Below, one piece after another: positions 1 to 13,047 of a stretch of 64,000 nucleotides of DNA. The notes below the pieces were generated by a model. That model saw only the letters and a program-made list of their open reading frames with translations, did no database searches and was not told where the DNA came from. This DNA comes from a virus (Duplodnaviria > Caudoviricetes), in the IMG/VR virus record IMGVR_UViG_3300031994_000010, positions 1 to 64,000 of that record. One strand, given 5' to 3'. The position numbers and the translations under genes were made by a program. Position 1 is the stretch's first letter; every line of letters starts with the position of its first letter.

Positions 1-1
1 T

Positions 2-895
2 TCAACTTTAAACCATAATGCAAAAGCTACTCCAAGAGAAAATGATACATATTTTACATATCCAGCACTAGAAGCTATGGAAATAAAATATGATATAGAT
101 GGACAAAATTTTCCATATTGCAACGGCAATGGGTGGATATACTATATGAAGGATCAGTTTGGAAATGAGGCCAATTATGACTTTAAAAATTTATTGTTTA
201 TTAAAAACAATGTAACTTCTTATACTTTTAATGAATTTGTGAATGATCAAATTTAGGACTTTAGTCTTTCCGGACATTGTTCGAATAATAAAATTATAAA
301 TTTAAATCCACAATCACTGTCTTATACTACTTTTTAGGTTATTACTCCTAATGCTTACGTGCTTTCTAATACTGTGATACACACAAGTAATAATGGAACT
401 GTAACTTTAAACAAGTCGTCTCAATTTAATATAATAGTAGTTGGAGGAAGTGATTTATCTGTGACTGGAAATTATAATACTTTGACTAATTGTAGCGGAA
501 TTATTCTAGGAGATCATAATGTTATTCAAGGATAGTGCGATATGTATATGAAAAGAGATAATTTCGAAGGATTTAATATCTCCAGACTAGAGTTTGATAA
601 TTACTAGGGAGATATACCAATTTTACAATTTCATATACTACCGAAAGGAATAGACAGAAGTATATCTCGTCTTAAAGTTAGATATATAGTTGATAGTTAT
701 GGAATAACTACAGAAAAATTTTTTACAAATATTCATTATTATGAAGGCAATACCCTTAGTATTCCTATGAATATAAATTAGGATGCTCTTGAAGATTATA
801 ATTCAGATTGGGAAGTTATAACAATTCAAATTTCGATTATGGATGGAAATAATCCAGTAATAACACAATCGTATTAGTTCTTTAACGAAGAATAA
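2..895 (+). CDS. Fibre/spike-like structural protein, 5' partial (TAG=Gln)
   Basis: Frame open from the window edge to TAA 893-895 when TAG is read through. Contains GWIYYMKDQFGNEANYDFKN, similar to a motif I recognise in Bacteroidota phage fibre proteins, followed by Asn-rich beta-helix-like sequence. Confidence 0.6.
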
Positions 896-899
896 ATAA

Positions 900-3182
900 A
901 TGGCTAATTGTGGACCTAAAAAAATCAGTCAATTAAATTATGCTGAGCATCTTTCTGATGAAGCTATTTTTCCAATAGTTTAGGATGAAGATAATTATAT
1001 AATTCAAGCAAAAGATTTAATTGATTAGATTGTAAAGAAAATTACTGGAGCAGATAATCCAGATGCTCTTAGTATAGCCTTATACGCAAAGGAGCTAGCA
1101 GAACACGCTGACTCCAATGCAGATTAGGCATTAAAAGATGTGGCATCCGCTCTTGCATATGCTACTAAAGCATATCAAATGGTATGTCAATTTGAAGATA
1201 GACTTAGTGAACTGGAATCCCATTGGGCTTTTATATAGAAACTTAAGAATACTTTTTACAATTTGGTTGAACAAATAAGCAATCTTTCTATCGAGATAGA
1301 GAACTTATGGAATAGTAAAGTAGTCCGAATTGAATAGTCGTAGGACAACAACTCTACTATTTATATATTCTATCAAGACGATGAAAAAGTAGGAGAAGTA
1401 GTAGTCCCAAGAGGAGGAATATATAGAGGAAGTCAATATGTTAATATCAGCAGTGACAATGTTATAAGTCTTAAGAACTTAGGTAGAGCAGCTTATACTA
1501 ATAATTACTGGCATTTAGATAATCTTCCAACTAAACTTAGTTAGTTTGAAAATGACGTCCCATTTTTAACTGTCAAAGACTTATGCTGTGATGATTTATA
1601 TGATCTTATATAGAAGCTAACTAAAAGAGTAGAAGCCTTAGAAAGATGTTGTGCTTAGATGCATAATAACTATCAAGTTTATTTAACTCTAGGAGAAGGA
1701 GTTAATGCTACTGATACAAGAGCCTAGATTGAAGTAGTAAAAGGTTATAAATATGTTAATCAGTTTACTTTAAAACCTGGATATGAAAATTTAAGAATTG
1801 TTTGTACCCCTAATACTGCTACTATAAATAACGGAGCTCTTTCTATAGTTGTGTAGAGTGATGTATCAATAGTAGTAACTGCTACTAAAACATCTGTAAC
1901 TCCCACTACTCATACAATTTCTTGGAACGACCCAACTGGACAAGTTACTATAGATGAACACTCTTCTGGTCAAGAAACAGTTAATCATTTAGGTAGCTGG
2001 GGTAGAAATGTTGTAATACCTGAAGATACTGAAGTTAAAGTATTAGTAGATGGTAGAGAATTTGTTACTATAGATAGTAATGAATCGAATTTTATAACAT
2101 TAAGTGATATAGATGCTGATCATACATTAACCTTTGAAATTAGTGAAAAAACTCCATATAAATTTGAAGATATAACTAATGATTATGCAATCTTCTTTTA
2201 TGGAACTTAGACATCTAGACTAAAAACAGTTGGTGACGAAGATGTTAGTTATAGTGAAGTAGGAGAGGATAAAAACTTCATTAACTTTAAAGCTAAAAAA
2301 CTAAATACTGAAACTGGTAACTATGAAATCTTTACTGATATTCATACCAGATTAAAAAATGATAGTAATTCTAATAAAATTACTATAGGCCAATGTGGTG
2401 AATGGTAGGATAAAAATAATTCTCCAGGAATCAATGAACCTTATTGGGTACATATTCCTATAGAAATATTACCAAAAGATTCATTTGCAGCTAAATCAGG
2501 AAGTACTTATAATCCAGCGAATGATGATGAAATTTATGAAATAGAACTATATTATATAGACGATGAAAATAATGAAGTCATTATTGATACTGTAAAAATT
2601 TCAGTAAAGGATTTAGAATCTACAGATTTATATAAAGATCCATCAAAGCCATATGTATAGTTCTTCTATTATGCAAATGATGGAGCTGCTTATGTCCAGG
2701 GTTCAGCACCGAATGTCTCTTCATTACAGTAGTATCATGGTATAATACCTCCATCTGGGGGAACTAATATAAAAGAAGTTTCTACAGATGTTCCTTGGGA
2801 AGAATTTAGTGATACTGGCGCTGCTACAATGCATTTCTTAATAAGACCTTTTGGTATTAAAAACAGACTTACTGAAAGGCCAAGTAATGGTTATACAATT
2901 CAAGGTAACTAGATTATTTATTGTCCTGGAACTATGAATGAAGTTATAGTTACTTTAGATATGGAGGCTAATAATAATTGGTTAACAATAACTAATTTAG
3001 AAGAGAACTTAAATGGTACTTAGGATGAGGCAAAAGAATGTATTCAATACACTTTAAGTGCTGATGCTAATACTACAAACATAGTAAGATATGCTGTATT
3101 AACTGCTACAATTAGTGGTAATAAACTCGGAGGTAAAACTTTCTCCTCACATGTTCAATTTAAACAAGAACCTATATCATGA
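900..3182 (+). CDS. Fibre protein paralog A, ~760 aa, with C-terminal BACON/Ig-like domain
   Basis: Starts MANCGPKKISQL. Has a coiled coil and fibre motifs (GRAAYTNNYWHLDNLPTKLSQFEND). The C-terminus NWLTIT...ADANTTNIVRYAVLT...VQFKQE is BACON-like. Its TGA overlaps the next ATG (ATGA). Confidence 0.7.
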
Positions 3183-6100
3183 ACACATGTAAACCACAAA
3201 AAATTAGCTAGTTAGACAATACTAACTGCCTCCTTCCGAACGACATAATTCCTGTCGTTCAGAAGGGGGCAAATAGAACTATCTCAGCTAAGAATTTAAT
3301 CGATTAGATTATAAATAGAATTAAAGATATACTTCCTGGAAGTAGTGAGGCTATGTGTATAGCTGTTGAAGCAAAGAAGTTAGCAGAATAGGCAAGTGCA
3401 GATGCTACTTAGGCTTTAAAAAATCTTGCTAATGCTCTAGCTTATGCAACTAAAGCGTATCAACTAGCTTGTTAGATGGATGCTCGAATTTAGGCATTAG
3501 AAGGAGATCATGCTCTTATTATTGAATTGCAGGATGCATTAGCATTATTAACTAGACAAGTTAATATTAATACTCAGAGAATTAATGATATTATCAATAG
3601 TAATATCTTAAAAATTACTACTGATGCAGACAATAATTATACTATTTATACTTTTTATGTAGATAATAGAAAGATTGGGGAAATAAAAGTACCTAAGTCT
3701 AAAGAGTATACTGGAAGTCAATATATTGATATTAATGAAGAAAGAGTTATAAGTCTCACAGGATTAGCTAATGTGGCTTTTACAGGAGATTATACTGATT
3801 TAAGTAATCGTCCAACTAAGTTAACTGATTTTTATATAGATATTGACTTTTTAAAAGATAGTGACTTGGAAGATATAGAAGATAGAATCACTGACTTGGA
3901 AGAATGCTGTGAAGAATTACACACTAAGTATTTTAAGTTAATAAATTAGTTAGAGGAAAATACTTAGAATATTGTCTATACCATAAAAGTAGATAATACT
4001 AGGTATATTGTTCCGTATGACAGTACTTGGGATGATATAAAAATTCCTTCAGGTTCTCATAATATAGAAATTGCAGTTAATGAAGAGTCTTTCATAGAAG
4101 ATTATCCAACATTAAGTTATAACTATGTAACAGAAACTACTATGATTAAAAAGAATGAAATTGGAACCTTATGGGGAAGTTCTCTTAAGAATATAAACTC
4201 TAATGTGATTCTCAAAGGAAAAATTTGGTCTTCTTAGGCCAATGGAACTTTAAAAGTTTATGATATAGATACCAATACATTATTATTTAGTTCTAAAACT
4301 GTAAGAGCAGCTAAGTCTTATACTACTAATATAAATGCTCCTTAGGGCTATGTATTTTTGGCTAGCGTGGAGATTAATAATTAGATTCCTAGCTCTTTAA
4401 ATGCCAAAGTCACTTATAATAGTGATTCTTAGATAGAGTTAAATATAACTAATCCGGTTAAAGATAATATAATTTATATTAAAGGTCTTTAGTTAGAAAC
4501 TACTCCAGTAACAGATCAACAGTATCCAATTTATTATTCAACAATAGGACGGTGTTAGGGAACTTTAAATGGACCAAGTTATTATAAGGAATCTGATACT
4601 AGTTTAAATATATAGGCTATACCAACTGTTGGTGTTTTAGAAACTGTTGACGTACTTATAGAATCTTAGGGAAGTTATACTGAAGTACCACCATAGTGTG
4701 TTCAAGTATCACATAATAATATAACTGTTGATGTAGCTTTATTATAGACTCTCCAAAGTTTATCTGCATTAAAAATAGTTGTAAAATTTGATTTTGATGA
4801 CTTCGATCCTACAATAACAACATATTATTCAATACGTTTATCTGACTATCTCAGTAATTATGCTACTATTACTACTCCTAATCCTAAAAGTAATCCTTCA
4901 TCCATACGAGAACATACGGATTTTACTTTAACAGTAGTTCCAAATACTGGATATACAATTAATTTAACAGGAGTAACAGAAGAGGAAACATCATCTGACA
5001 GTTTATTATAGAGAGAATCTATAGTCATTATAGAAGGAAATGTTGTAACTGTAAAAAATATTAGCAATAATATAATAATAGAAGGAGAAGCTATACCAGA
5101 AAGTCTTCCAGATGCACGCAACGCTACTGTTACTAATAAGATCTCAAATAGTAAATGTAATCTTAGTACCACACCTATTGGTTAGGAAGCAGTAATTACT
5201 ATAACTCCAGACGATGGATATTAGATTAAAGTTAATAGTATTACAATTACAAATAATGGAGTTAAAGAAACTATAACACCTCATGCTAATGATTATGGTG
5301 TAGATATTACTATTCCAACGGTAAACGGTGATATAGTAATTAATGGAGAATCTATACAGCTTAAATACACAGCTAGTTTAGGTACAAATCTTAAAAAGAT
5401 AACTGGTGCTTCTATTTCTCCTACAGGAGGTATTATAGGTGAAAATAGGGAATTTACTATAACTCTTCCTAATACTCATAAACTTAATGCAATAACTTTA
5501 GTTAAAGAAGCTAATAAAAAATTAATTATAAATAATACTACAAAAGTAGTAATAAATGGTAATAAAGTTACAGTAAAAAATATTGCAGGAGATATAGTTA
5601 TTGATGGTACTGCTGAGAAATTATCTCAACCTAAATTATATTTGTAGGTTCAAGATAATCAAAATGTTTATGGAGAACCTTTAGATAAAAATGCTGATGC
5701 AAATATAAGAAGAGGGCGCTCCGTAAGTGCTGGAGGTTCTGGAAGTATAGTTACTAAATTTGTACATAGATCTACTAGTAATACTGTTGGAGACTGGCAA
5801 TTAGTAGATATAGTTAGTTTAGCATATGACTTTGATAATGATACTATACAGATAGGAAATGATGGTAGACCAGTTGGAGGACGAACCGATATAATTGCTC
5901 CTACTATTTAGGGTATTAGTACACCTCTTAATGGTAATGGAGTATAGACTATAAATTTCCAAGTACCAAAGAATGACACAGAGGCGTGGTTATAGCACTG
6001 GTTTATATTTACTCAAGGAACCGCTACTAAATATGTAGTAATTGTATAGTATATTTCTTCTGAAAAAGGAGTGTAGTTATCTCGTAGATTCCATGCAAGT

Positions 6101-6901
6101 CCTTATTCTAAGGATAAAACAGTTAAACTGAAGTTTAATGATAATTGGAGAATTGTAATGCCAGAAGATGGTGTATATAAAGAATCCAGTGCTTTAACAT
6201 ATAACGATTATTATAATGATGGATCTAGAATAATAACGTATAGTGTAAATCGTACTAGTGGTTCTGCTAATGATTTGTTAATAATCAACAGTGACGTAGA
6301 CTTTGACAAAAATTGGACCCCGCTTAGTTCTACTACTTATACTCAACCAATTTTCTATGTTAATACTGGAGAATCTGCTCAAAGCTATGATGAAGCCGAA
6401 GAAATTTATATTAAACACGACTCTATTGCTGCTTAGATTTATGTAGTTACACCACCAGAAGGATCTAACAAGACTCCTACTCCTCCTTGTTGGATAAAGA
6501 AAGTTGAGGTGGGAGGTAATGTAGTATTTGAAGGAAACACCACTACTACCTATAGTGTTCCTATAGGAGTCTATAATAAGTCTGATGATATTGTAGTAAC
6601 TTTAGAAGGACATGATGGAAGTTATGGTACTGTTGATATTGGAGATATTTCTTTTGCAGTATATTATGGAGCACATAAACATAGTGATGACACTGTTCCA
6701 GAATCCATGGATGAATATGGAAATGGAGTAACTTGGACGAGTGAACCCATTCCTTATACAATTAGCAATTATACAAGTAAATTGGGATATGCTTCAGAGA
6801 AAATTACTTTTAATGCAAATGCAGGACTTATAACTCCTGATTAGAGAGTTCTTAATAGCGGAGAATTACCTTGGGCATTTGAAATAATAGCTACAAAATA
6901 A
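3179..6901 (+). CDS. Fibre protein paralog B, ~1240 aa, with Ig-like repeats
   Basis: Starts MNTCKPQKISQL and joins track fragments 3527, 6158 and 6509 in one frame. The N-terminal ~250 aa align with 900..3182. Ig-like repeat motifs include TVVPNTGY and TITPDDGYQI. Ends TAA. Confidence 0.72.
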
Positions 6902-6902
6902 T

Positions 6903-7883
6903 ATGACAAATATATCTTATGCTGATATTATTAATAGTAAAGATTTAATCCCTCTTTTATAGAATTAGAAGACTAAATATGTTACTATTAATAATTTAAT
7001 TGAAAAAATCATTAACTCGGTTCCTAGGGAAAATCCCTAGGATCCCTGTTATGAACAAGATAAAGAAATTCATAGATTATGGGAGTCTCTGAAATGTATT
7101 ATTAAGAAAGTTAATGATACTATTTTATTAGCTGAAAAAACTTGGAAATTTGCTAATACTTCTGGATATAAAACCAAAGAGTTAGAACTTCAAGTAAAAG
7201 AACTAAAAACTTAGTTAGAAGATATTCCTGAAATTAAATCTGATTTAGAGTTAGTTAAAGAGACTTTAGCTAATGTAAAAGAGATTAAGATTACAACAGC
7301 AGAAACCAATACTAAGGTAATCTATACTTTTACTAGGGGAACAGCTATTGTTGGAACAATTGAAGTTCCAAAAACTACTTTATATAGAGGCGGAAATAAT
7401 ATAAAGATTCAAGATAATGTAATTTCTGTCACTGGATTATCTAGAGTAGCAACTTCTGGTAACTATAACGATTTATCAAATAAGCCTGTTTATTATACTA
7501 AACTTTCGGAATTAGAAAATGATACTAATTTTGTAAAAGAAACTGAAATTAAACAGTATGTAGATAGACAAATACCAAAAGTTCAAGGAAAGACTGGAGA
7601 TACTCATATACAAGTAACTGAAAGAACTGTTAATAACTAGAAAGTTTATACTGTAGCAGAGAATAATATAGCCTCAGCAAGTACTTTATCCTAGTCGATT
7701 CAAGAAAACACTGCTAATGCTAATGCACTAGCTAATTAGATAAGTGCTGAAAGAAATAGAGCATAGGCAGCTGAATAGGCTATATAGACTGTAATAGAGG
7801 ATAATGAATTAACAACCGCAGCAGCTTTAAATGAATTAAATGCTAGATTAACAGCTTTAGAAACAAAAGTAAATTCTCTTTAA
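6903..7883 (+). CDS. Fibre protein paralog C, ~326 aa
   Basis: Shares the IYTF..G..VG.I.VP / SRVATSGNYNDLSNKP / TKLSELEND block with the two upstream genes. Ends in the coiled coil DNELTTAAALNELNARL. Confidence 0.7.
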
Positions 7884-7895
7884 TAATTTTTGAAT

Positions 7896-8510
7896 ATGAG
7901 TAATTGCCTAAATATAATTGAAGAAGAAAATGGGATTACTTTTGAAAATACTATACAGGATGTAATGTTCTATAATAGAATAATCAAAATTACTACTGAT
8001 GGAGAAAAGGAAGTTTCTGTAACTAGTGGGGATGATATAACAGTTCCTTCTGATGGATGGTTTAAAATTATAAGAATAGGAATTCCTACTACTTATAAAA
8101 ATGAGTACGCCCTTAATATTTATGTTTGGAAAGATTCAAATATATATAAAAGAGTGTAGGATAATGTATTTCAAAAAGTTACTTTATAGGAAATTTTAGA
8201 AATAAATCCTAGAACTACTAATTTATATTATTCAGAAGTAGAAGTTTTTAATACTGGGAATTTAAAACAGTGTTTATTAAAAAAGAATTAGAACTCAGAA
8301 GTTTCTTGTGGTAGTAATTCAGACCCATGTAATTCTAATAATTGTATAAGAAATCATATCTGGCATATATTAAATATAATAGATTATTATGTAAATTGTG
8401 GTTGCACTATAAAAGCTCAGCAATTATTAGAAAAATTTAATAAGTGCTTTAATTTTTGTTCAACCAATTAGAGTTGTCACTGTTTAAAAAAGTGTAAGTG
8501 TAATGGATAA
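7896..8510 (+). CDS. Cys-rich putative structural protein, ~204 aa
   Basis: Extends track ORF 7890..8159 through TAG to TAA. Cys-rich C-terminus. Paralog of 8618..9406. Confidence 0.65.
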
Positions 8511-8652
8511 CATAATAAAACAATATCTATATATGATATATAGGCTATAGAGAGGGTATCAAGAAGATATTAATCCATTACTAGATAAAATATTTGAACA
8601 AACATTTTTAATGGATAATGAAAGTAGATTTTAGTGTGGATTAGAATTGTAA
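8503..8652 (+). CDS. Small hypothetical protein, 49 aa
   Basis: ATG overlaps the end of the upstream gene (MDNIIKQYLYMIYRLQRGYQED...). It fills the gap between the two Cys-rich paralogs. Confidence 0.4.
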
Positions 8653-9406
8653 TGGCCTTTTAACCATTACTGGGGAATCTACTTACGATGAAACTGAGGA
8701 CTATTAGAGCTTTAAATATGAAGATTCTGTTACTATAAACATTGTTACATATGAAGGCTCGAAAACTATGGAATTTGTTGCTACAAGTCATAATTTACAT
8801 ACTACTTATCTAGATGAAACTCATTTGTAGACCACAAAAGATGGATTATACAATATTACATAGTTAATAGTTCCTTCAGTTCATTGGTATGAGAGAGAAT
8901 CCCATCATAAAATAAATAATTTCCACAGATATGATAAAATTTTCGTTTCCGATGGTAAAAATCTATATTTAGCAAAAGATTCTACTTTTGAAATTGTAGA
9001 TGAACTTAACTTTATTACTAATATAGATTTAAACAGAACTACCATAAGCAAACACCAAAAAATAGCGTTTCTTACTTGTTTTCTTTGGAAATGTTATATA
9101 AGTTTGGCTAACGAAGTTTTGACTGACCTATTGAAGAATAATTAGGGAAAAGGCAAAATTTCTAAATGTGGAAATGAAAATGAAGATACTAAAGATAAAA
9201 TTTATAGAAGAGACTTTGTCTGGGCAACTATAAATGTATTAAAATACTTAACAGATTAGTGCAAATTTGAAGAAGCACAAAAGATATTAGAACAAATTCA
9301 AGGCTGCAATGGTTTTTGTACAAATTTTGGTGACGAAGATTTCTCGTCTTTTATAGGAGAAGGTCTTAACCTAAATTTCAAAAAGAGTTGCGGATGTAAT
9401 AGTTAA
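8618..9406 (+). CDS. Cys-rich putative structural protein, ~262 aa
   Basis: MKVDFSVDQNCNG...RDFVWATINVLKYLTDQCKFEEAQKILEQIQGCNGFC...SCGCNS, ending TAA. Confidence 0.7.
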
Positions 9407-9443
9407 GATATATAATAAAACTAATATTAAAAAATTACTTAAT

Positions 9444-11384
9444 ATGATAAAAAAAGGATGTGGTTGCAATAAAAAACAACCTGAAACAGTAATTATTGAC
9501 CCTGTTCCAGAATGGGAACCAGTCAACCCTTGTCCAGAAAATACTTAGGTAAGAATAGAGAACCACCCAGACGAAGAAGATTTAACTGAAGTACTGCGCG
9601 GAGAAGAACTTGTCTTAAAGTTTAAAGACAAAGTTTATAATCCAATGACATATAGCGGATATGGTAGAGTATTCTTAAGAAAGAATATGCAACCTTCCCA
9701 AGAAGAATGTCCAGGTGAAATGAATGTTCTCACTTAGAGTATGTTTATGGATGCTACAGGACAATTAGCTGAACATACTATATTTATAGTACAATATGAT
9801 TATGATTTAAATGGTAAGTTTATAACTATGCCTTAGGATAGTATATTATTATTCTTAGGTGGTTCTTTTAAGAATGGTACTTTAGTATTAAATCGCACCT
9901 TAATTCTTCCTTAGGCACTTCCATATAATACTTACATTAAGTGTACAGTTACAGGACCTTATATGAATGGATAGATGTTCTATAATGAAGATGGCCTTCG
10001 TATATGGAATGGAACTGAATGGGTAGTATTAGACGGAACTGGAACTATTGATTTACAATCAGTTGTAAGAGAACTTCAAACTAAAGTATAGAATTTAATA
10101 TCTAATATTACTAATGTACAAGAAGCTTTAGATACTAAATCAAATGTTGGTCATACTCATGCTATAGCTAATATTACTGGATTACAGACTACTTTAGATA
10201 GCCTTCAAGATAGCAAACTTACTGCTGGAACAATAAAAATAAATGGTAATGTTCTTAGAGATAATGTTGATATAAACATTGAAGCAGGTAGTGGTGGAGG
10301 TAGTGGAAGCAGTACTTATACTCTACCAGTTGCTACTAGAAACGTTCTTGGAGGAATTAAAGTAGGGTATAAAAAATATCAAAATAATGTTCCCGTAGTA
10401 TTAGACTCTTATAACAGAGCCTACGTTACTTTGGAAAAATATGATGATACTGGTATTAATAATAGATTGAGATTAGTAGAGGGAGAAGTTACTAGAATTA
10501 GTACTATTGAACAAAGTGTTGAGACTGTTAGAATAGCTGTAGAAGCTATATCTAAATTAGAAGACGGTTCGTCTATTGTAGATGCTCTAGCAGAAATGAG
10601 AGCATACGTAACTGAACAATTAGAACCAGTTGTGGAACTATCTACTACAGTGTCAAATCTTAATACTGAAGTTGATACACTTCGAGCTAATTAGGCAAAA
10701 TGTTTATTAACATCTTCATTAGAAGGAGCTGTTGCTGAATTATTAGCTTCTTCTTCTGGACCAGACAATTCTGTAGTTGCAAGTATTAAAGCAATTGTAG
10801 AGGGAGATAGTCAAATAATCTTATCCGCTAATAGAATTAATTTCAGTTCTTCTTATTTAAATATTGAAAAAAGAGAAGCTGATAGTGATGAGCCGGTTCT
10901 TAAAGTTAAAACCACAATTGACCAAAATACTTCAAACTATACCTATATAAAACCTTCTGAAATTCATTTGTAGAGTAGCTTTGATGAACGTAACTAGAGG
11001 GTAAACTCTAATCAACGTGATGCTATACTCACTCCAACAGAATTAAGTTTTAAGTCTGCAAGTGAAGGTGAATCTAAAGTAACAGCCTCACTTATATCTC
11101 TTACAAATGGAGGACTTTATAATTAGACGGATTATCCAGTAACTCTTTCTGGTTTAGGATTAAAAATCTTGTATCAAGGAAATAGTTTTGCTCAAGAAAG
11201 TTCGGAAGCCATTTAGCACAATGATAAAGCTGAACTCACTGCTAGTAAGTTATAGTTTAATGATATCCAAAATAATAAAACTTTAACATTAGGTATTAAT
11301 CAAAACTATACTGGCACATTTACAGTAGATAATTAGACAATAACTGTATAGGATGGTATTATTACAAAAATAACAACTAATTAA
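9444..11384 (+). CDS. Tail fibre/spike protein, ~646 aa (start approximate)
   Basis: N-terminal Bacteroidota phage module HPDEEDLT...FKDKVYNP...GRVFLRKN...YDYDLNG...GGSFKNG. Also contains the fibre repeat KSNVGHTHAIANITGLQ and YTLPVATRNVLGGIKVG. Includes track ORF 10431. Confidence 0.75.
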
Positions 11385-11385
11385 T

Positions 11386-11643
11386 ATGACAATTGATTTT
11401 GAAAATGTAAATGTTTATGCGGATTTGAAACATGAACAATGTGTTACAGTTAATTTAAAAGAACAATTTGCTGAACTTGTATATTAGAAAGGTACTGGTA
11501 TACAAGCTCATGCATTAGCTTTAAAGATTTTTAATGGGGATAAAGAATTTAATGATAACGAAGTTGCGTTAATTAAAAGTTTTACAGAAAAGTTCTGTAC
11601 CCCTATGATTATCGATGCAATACATACATTATGCAAACAATAA
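11386..11643 (+). CDS. Small conserved phage protein, possible fibre chaperone, 85 aa
   Basis: MTIDFENVNVYADL...FAELVYQKGTGIQAHALALKIF...FCTPMIIDAI. This type of small protein often follows Bacteroidota phage fibre genes. The chaperone role is inferred from position only. Confidence 0.6.
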
Positions 11644-12548
11644 AAACTTGTGAATTAGATAATAATAAAAAACACGTATGTTTCTAGGATTTATAGGACT
11701 ATTGGAGAAAAGATGAATACTTAACAGGTCTTTCTGCAGCTGAAACAGCTTAGATTCGTTAGAATTTAGGCCTTCCAACAGAAATGGCTGTTGATTCAAC
11801 TTTAGATGAACAATCGAAAAATCCTGTTTAGAATCGTGTTGTCACAAAGTAGTTACAAAAGAAGCCCGATATTGACCAGATTTCCAAAGTTGGAATAACT
11901 GGTCAATATGGGGATTTAAGAAATAAACCATGTGGATTACCTAATCCCTATAGTTTGGTTATAGTAGGATTAGATGCTAATGGAGAAGCTGCTGAGTGGA
12001 GATACGATGGCTCTGAATTAACTTACGTTAATTTAAATACTAAGTTATCTAATTTTGAAAACGATAAATGTTTTGTAGATAAAGACCAACTAAATCAAGC
12101 GATTACTGTAAAGGGAATAATCGTAAATGGAGAACTTCTTACAGCAGACTGTGATAAGTTCGTAAAAATAGATGTTCCTACAAGACTATCATAGTTGATT
12201 TAGGATATGTCTTATATGACATCCTTAGATGCAGCTAATAGATTTGCAGATAAATCTGATGTAGAAAATTTACTTTCAAAAGAAGAGGCTAATAGAACTT
12301 ACGTAGCTAAGTCTGCAATAGACTAGGTTGTGAGTAGTACTTCTAGTAACGCAGTTTCTAGTGCTGCAGTGTATAATACTACTTCATAGATAAACAATAG
12401 GGTTACTGCTACTAATTCTATAATAGATACTTTAAATTCTACAGTAACTACTTTAGAAAATCAAATAAGAAGCCTTAACACTAGATATGAAGATTTAAAA
12501 GCTAGATTAGAAATTGTTGAAAGACGATTATCTGCATAGAATCAATGA
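11631..12548 (+). CDS. Fibre-like structural protein, ~305 aa
   Basis: Contains QIRQNLG, VDSTLDEQSKNPVQNRVV (Q encoded by TAG), GQYGDLRNKP, TKLSNFEND and a C-terminal coiled coil. ATGA overlap with the next gene. Confidence 0.7.
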
Positions 12549-13021
12549 TTAGTTTAACATTGGTTAGAAGTTATCTTGGCCCGAGTTATACAATAGGACA
12601 TTTGTACATTGATGATAAGTATTTCTGTGATACTTTAGAGGACGTTGACAGAGGACTTACATCTAAAATGAGTACTTAGGAGATATTAAAAGTAAAAATA
12701 AAACATGAAACAGCAATTCCAGTAGGAATATATTATGTTGATATGAATACTATATCTCCTAAGTATTCTAATTTTGCTAAATATCCTTATGCTAAACCTT
12801 ATAACGGTAAAATGCCTAGAATATTAAATATTCCTGGATATGATGGAGTGTTAATTCACCCTGGAAATAATAAAAATCATACTTCTGGATGTATTTTAGT
12901 AGGAGAAAATAAGGTAAAAGGTTAGGTTATAAATTCCTAGGCAACTTGGAAAAAGTTAATGGAAATTCTTACAAAGAAGAAAGATGTAATAGTTCTTACT
13001 ATTAAATATAAAGATAAATAA
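12545..13021 (+). CDS. DUF5675-family putative L,D-carboxypeptidase/transpeptidase (candidate cell-wall enzyme), 158 aa
   Basis: YTIGHLYIDDKYFCDTLED...ETAIPVGIY...GVLIHPGNNKNHTSGCILVG, with the His/Cys catalytic-type motif. Confidence 0.8.
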
Positions 13022-13047
13022 TAATTTTAATTAAAAATTAAAAGGAA

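Noticed and set aside
1-12548. Diversity-generating retroelement acting on the fibre genes
   Set aside because: I saw no reverse transcriptase and no TR/VR nucleotide repeat pair in this window. One could lie elsewhere in the genome.
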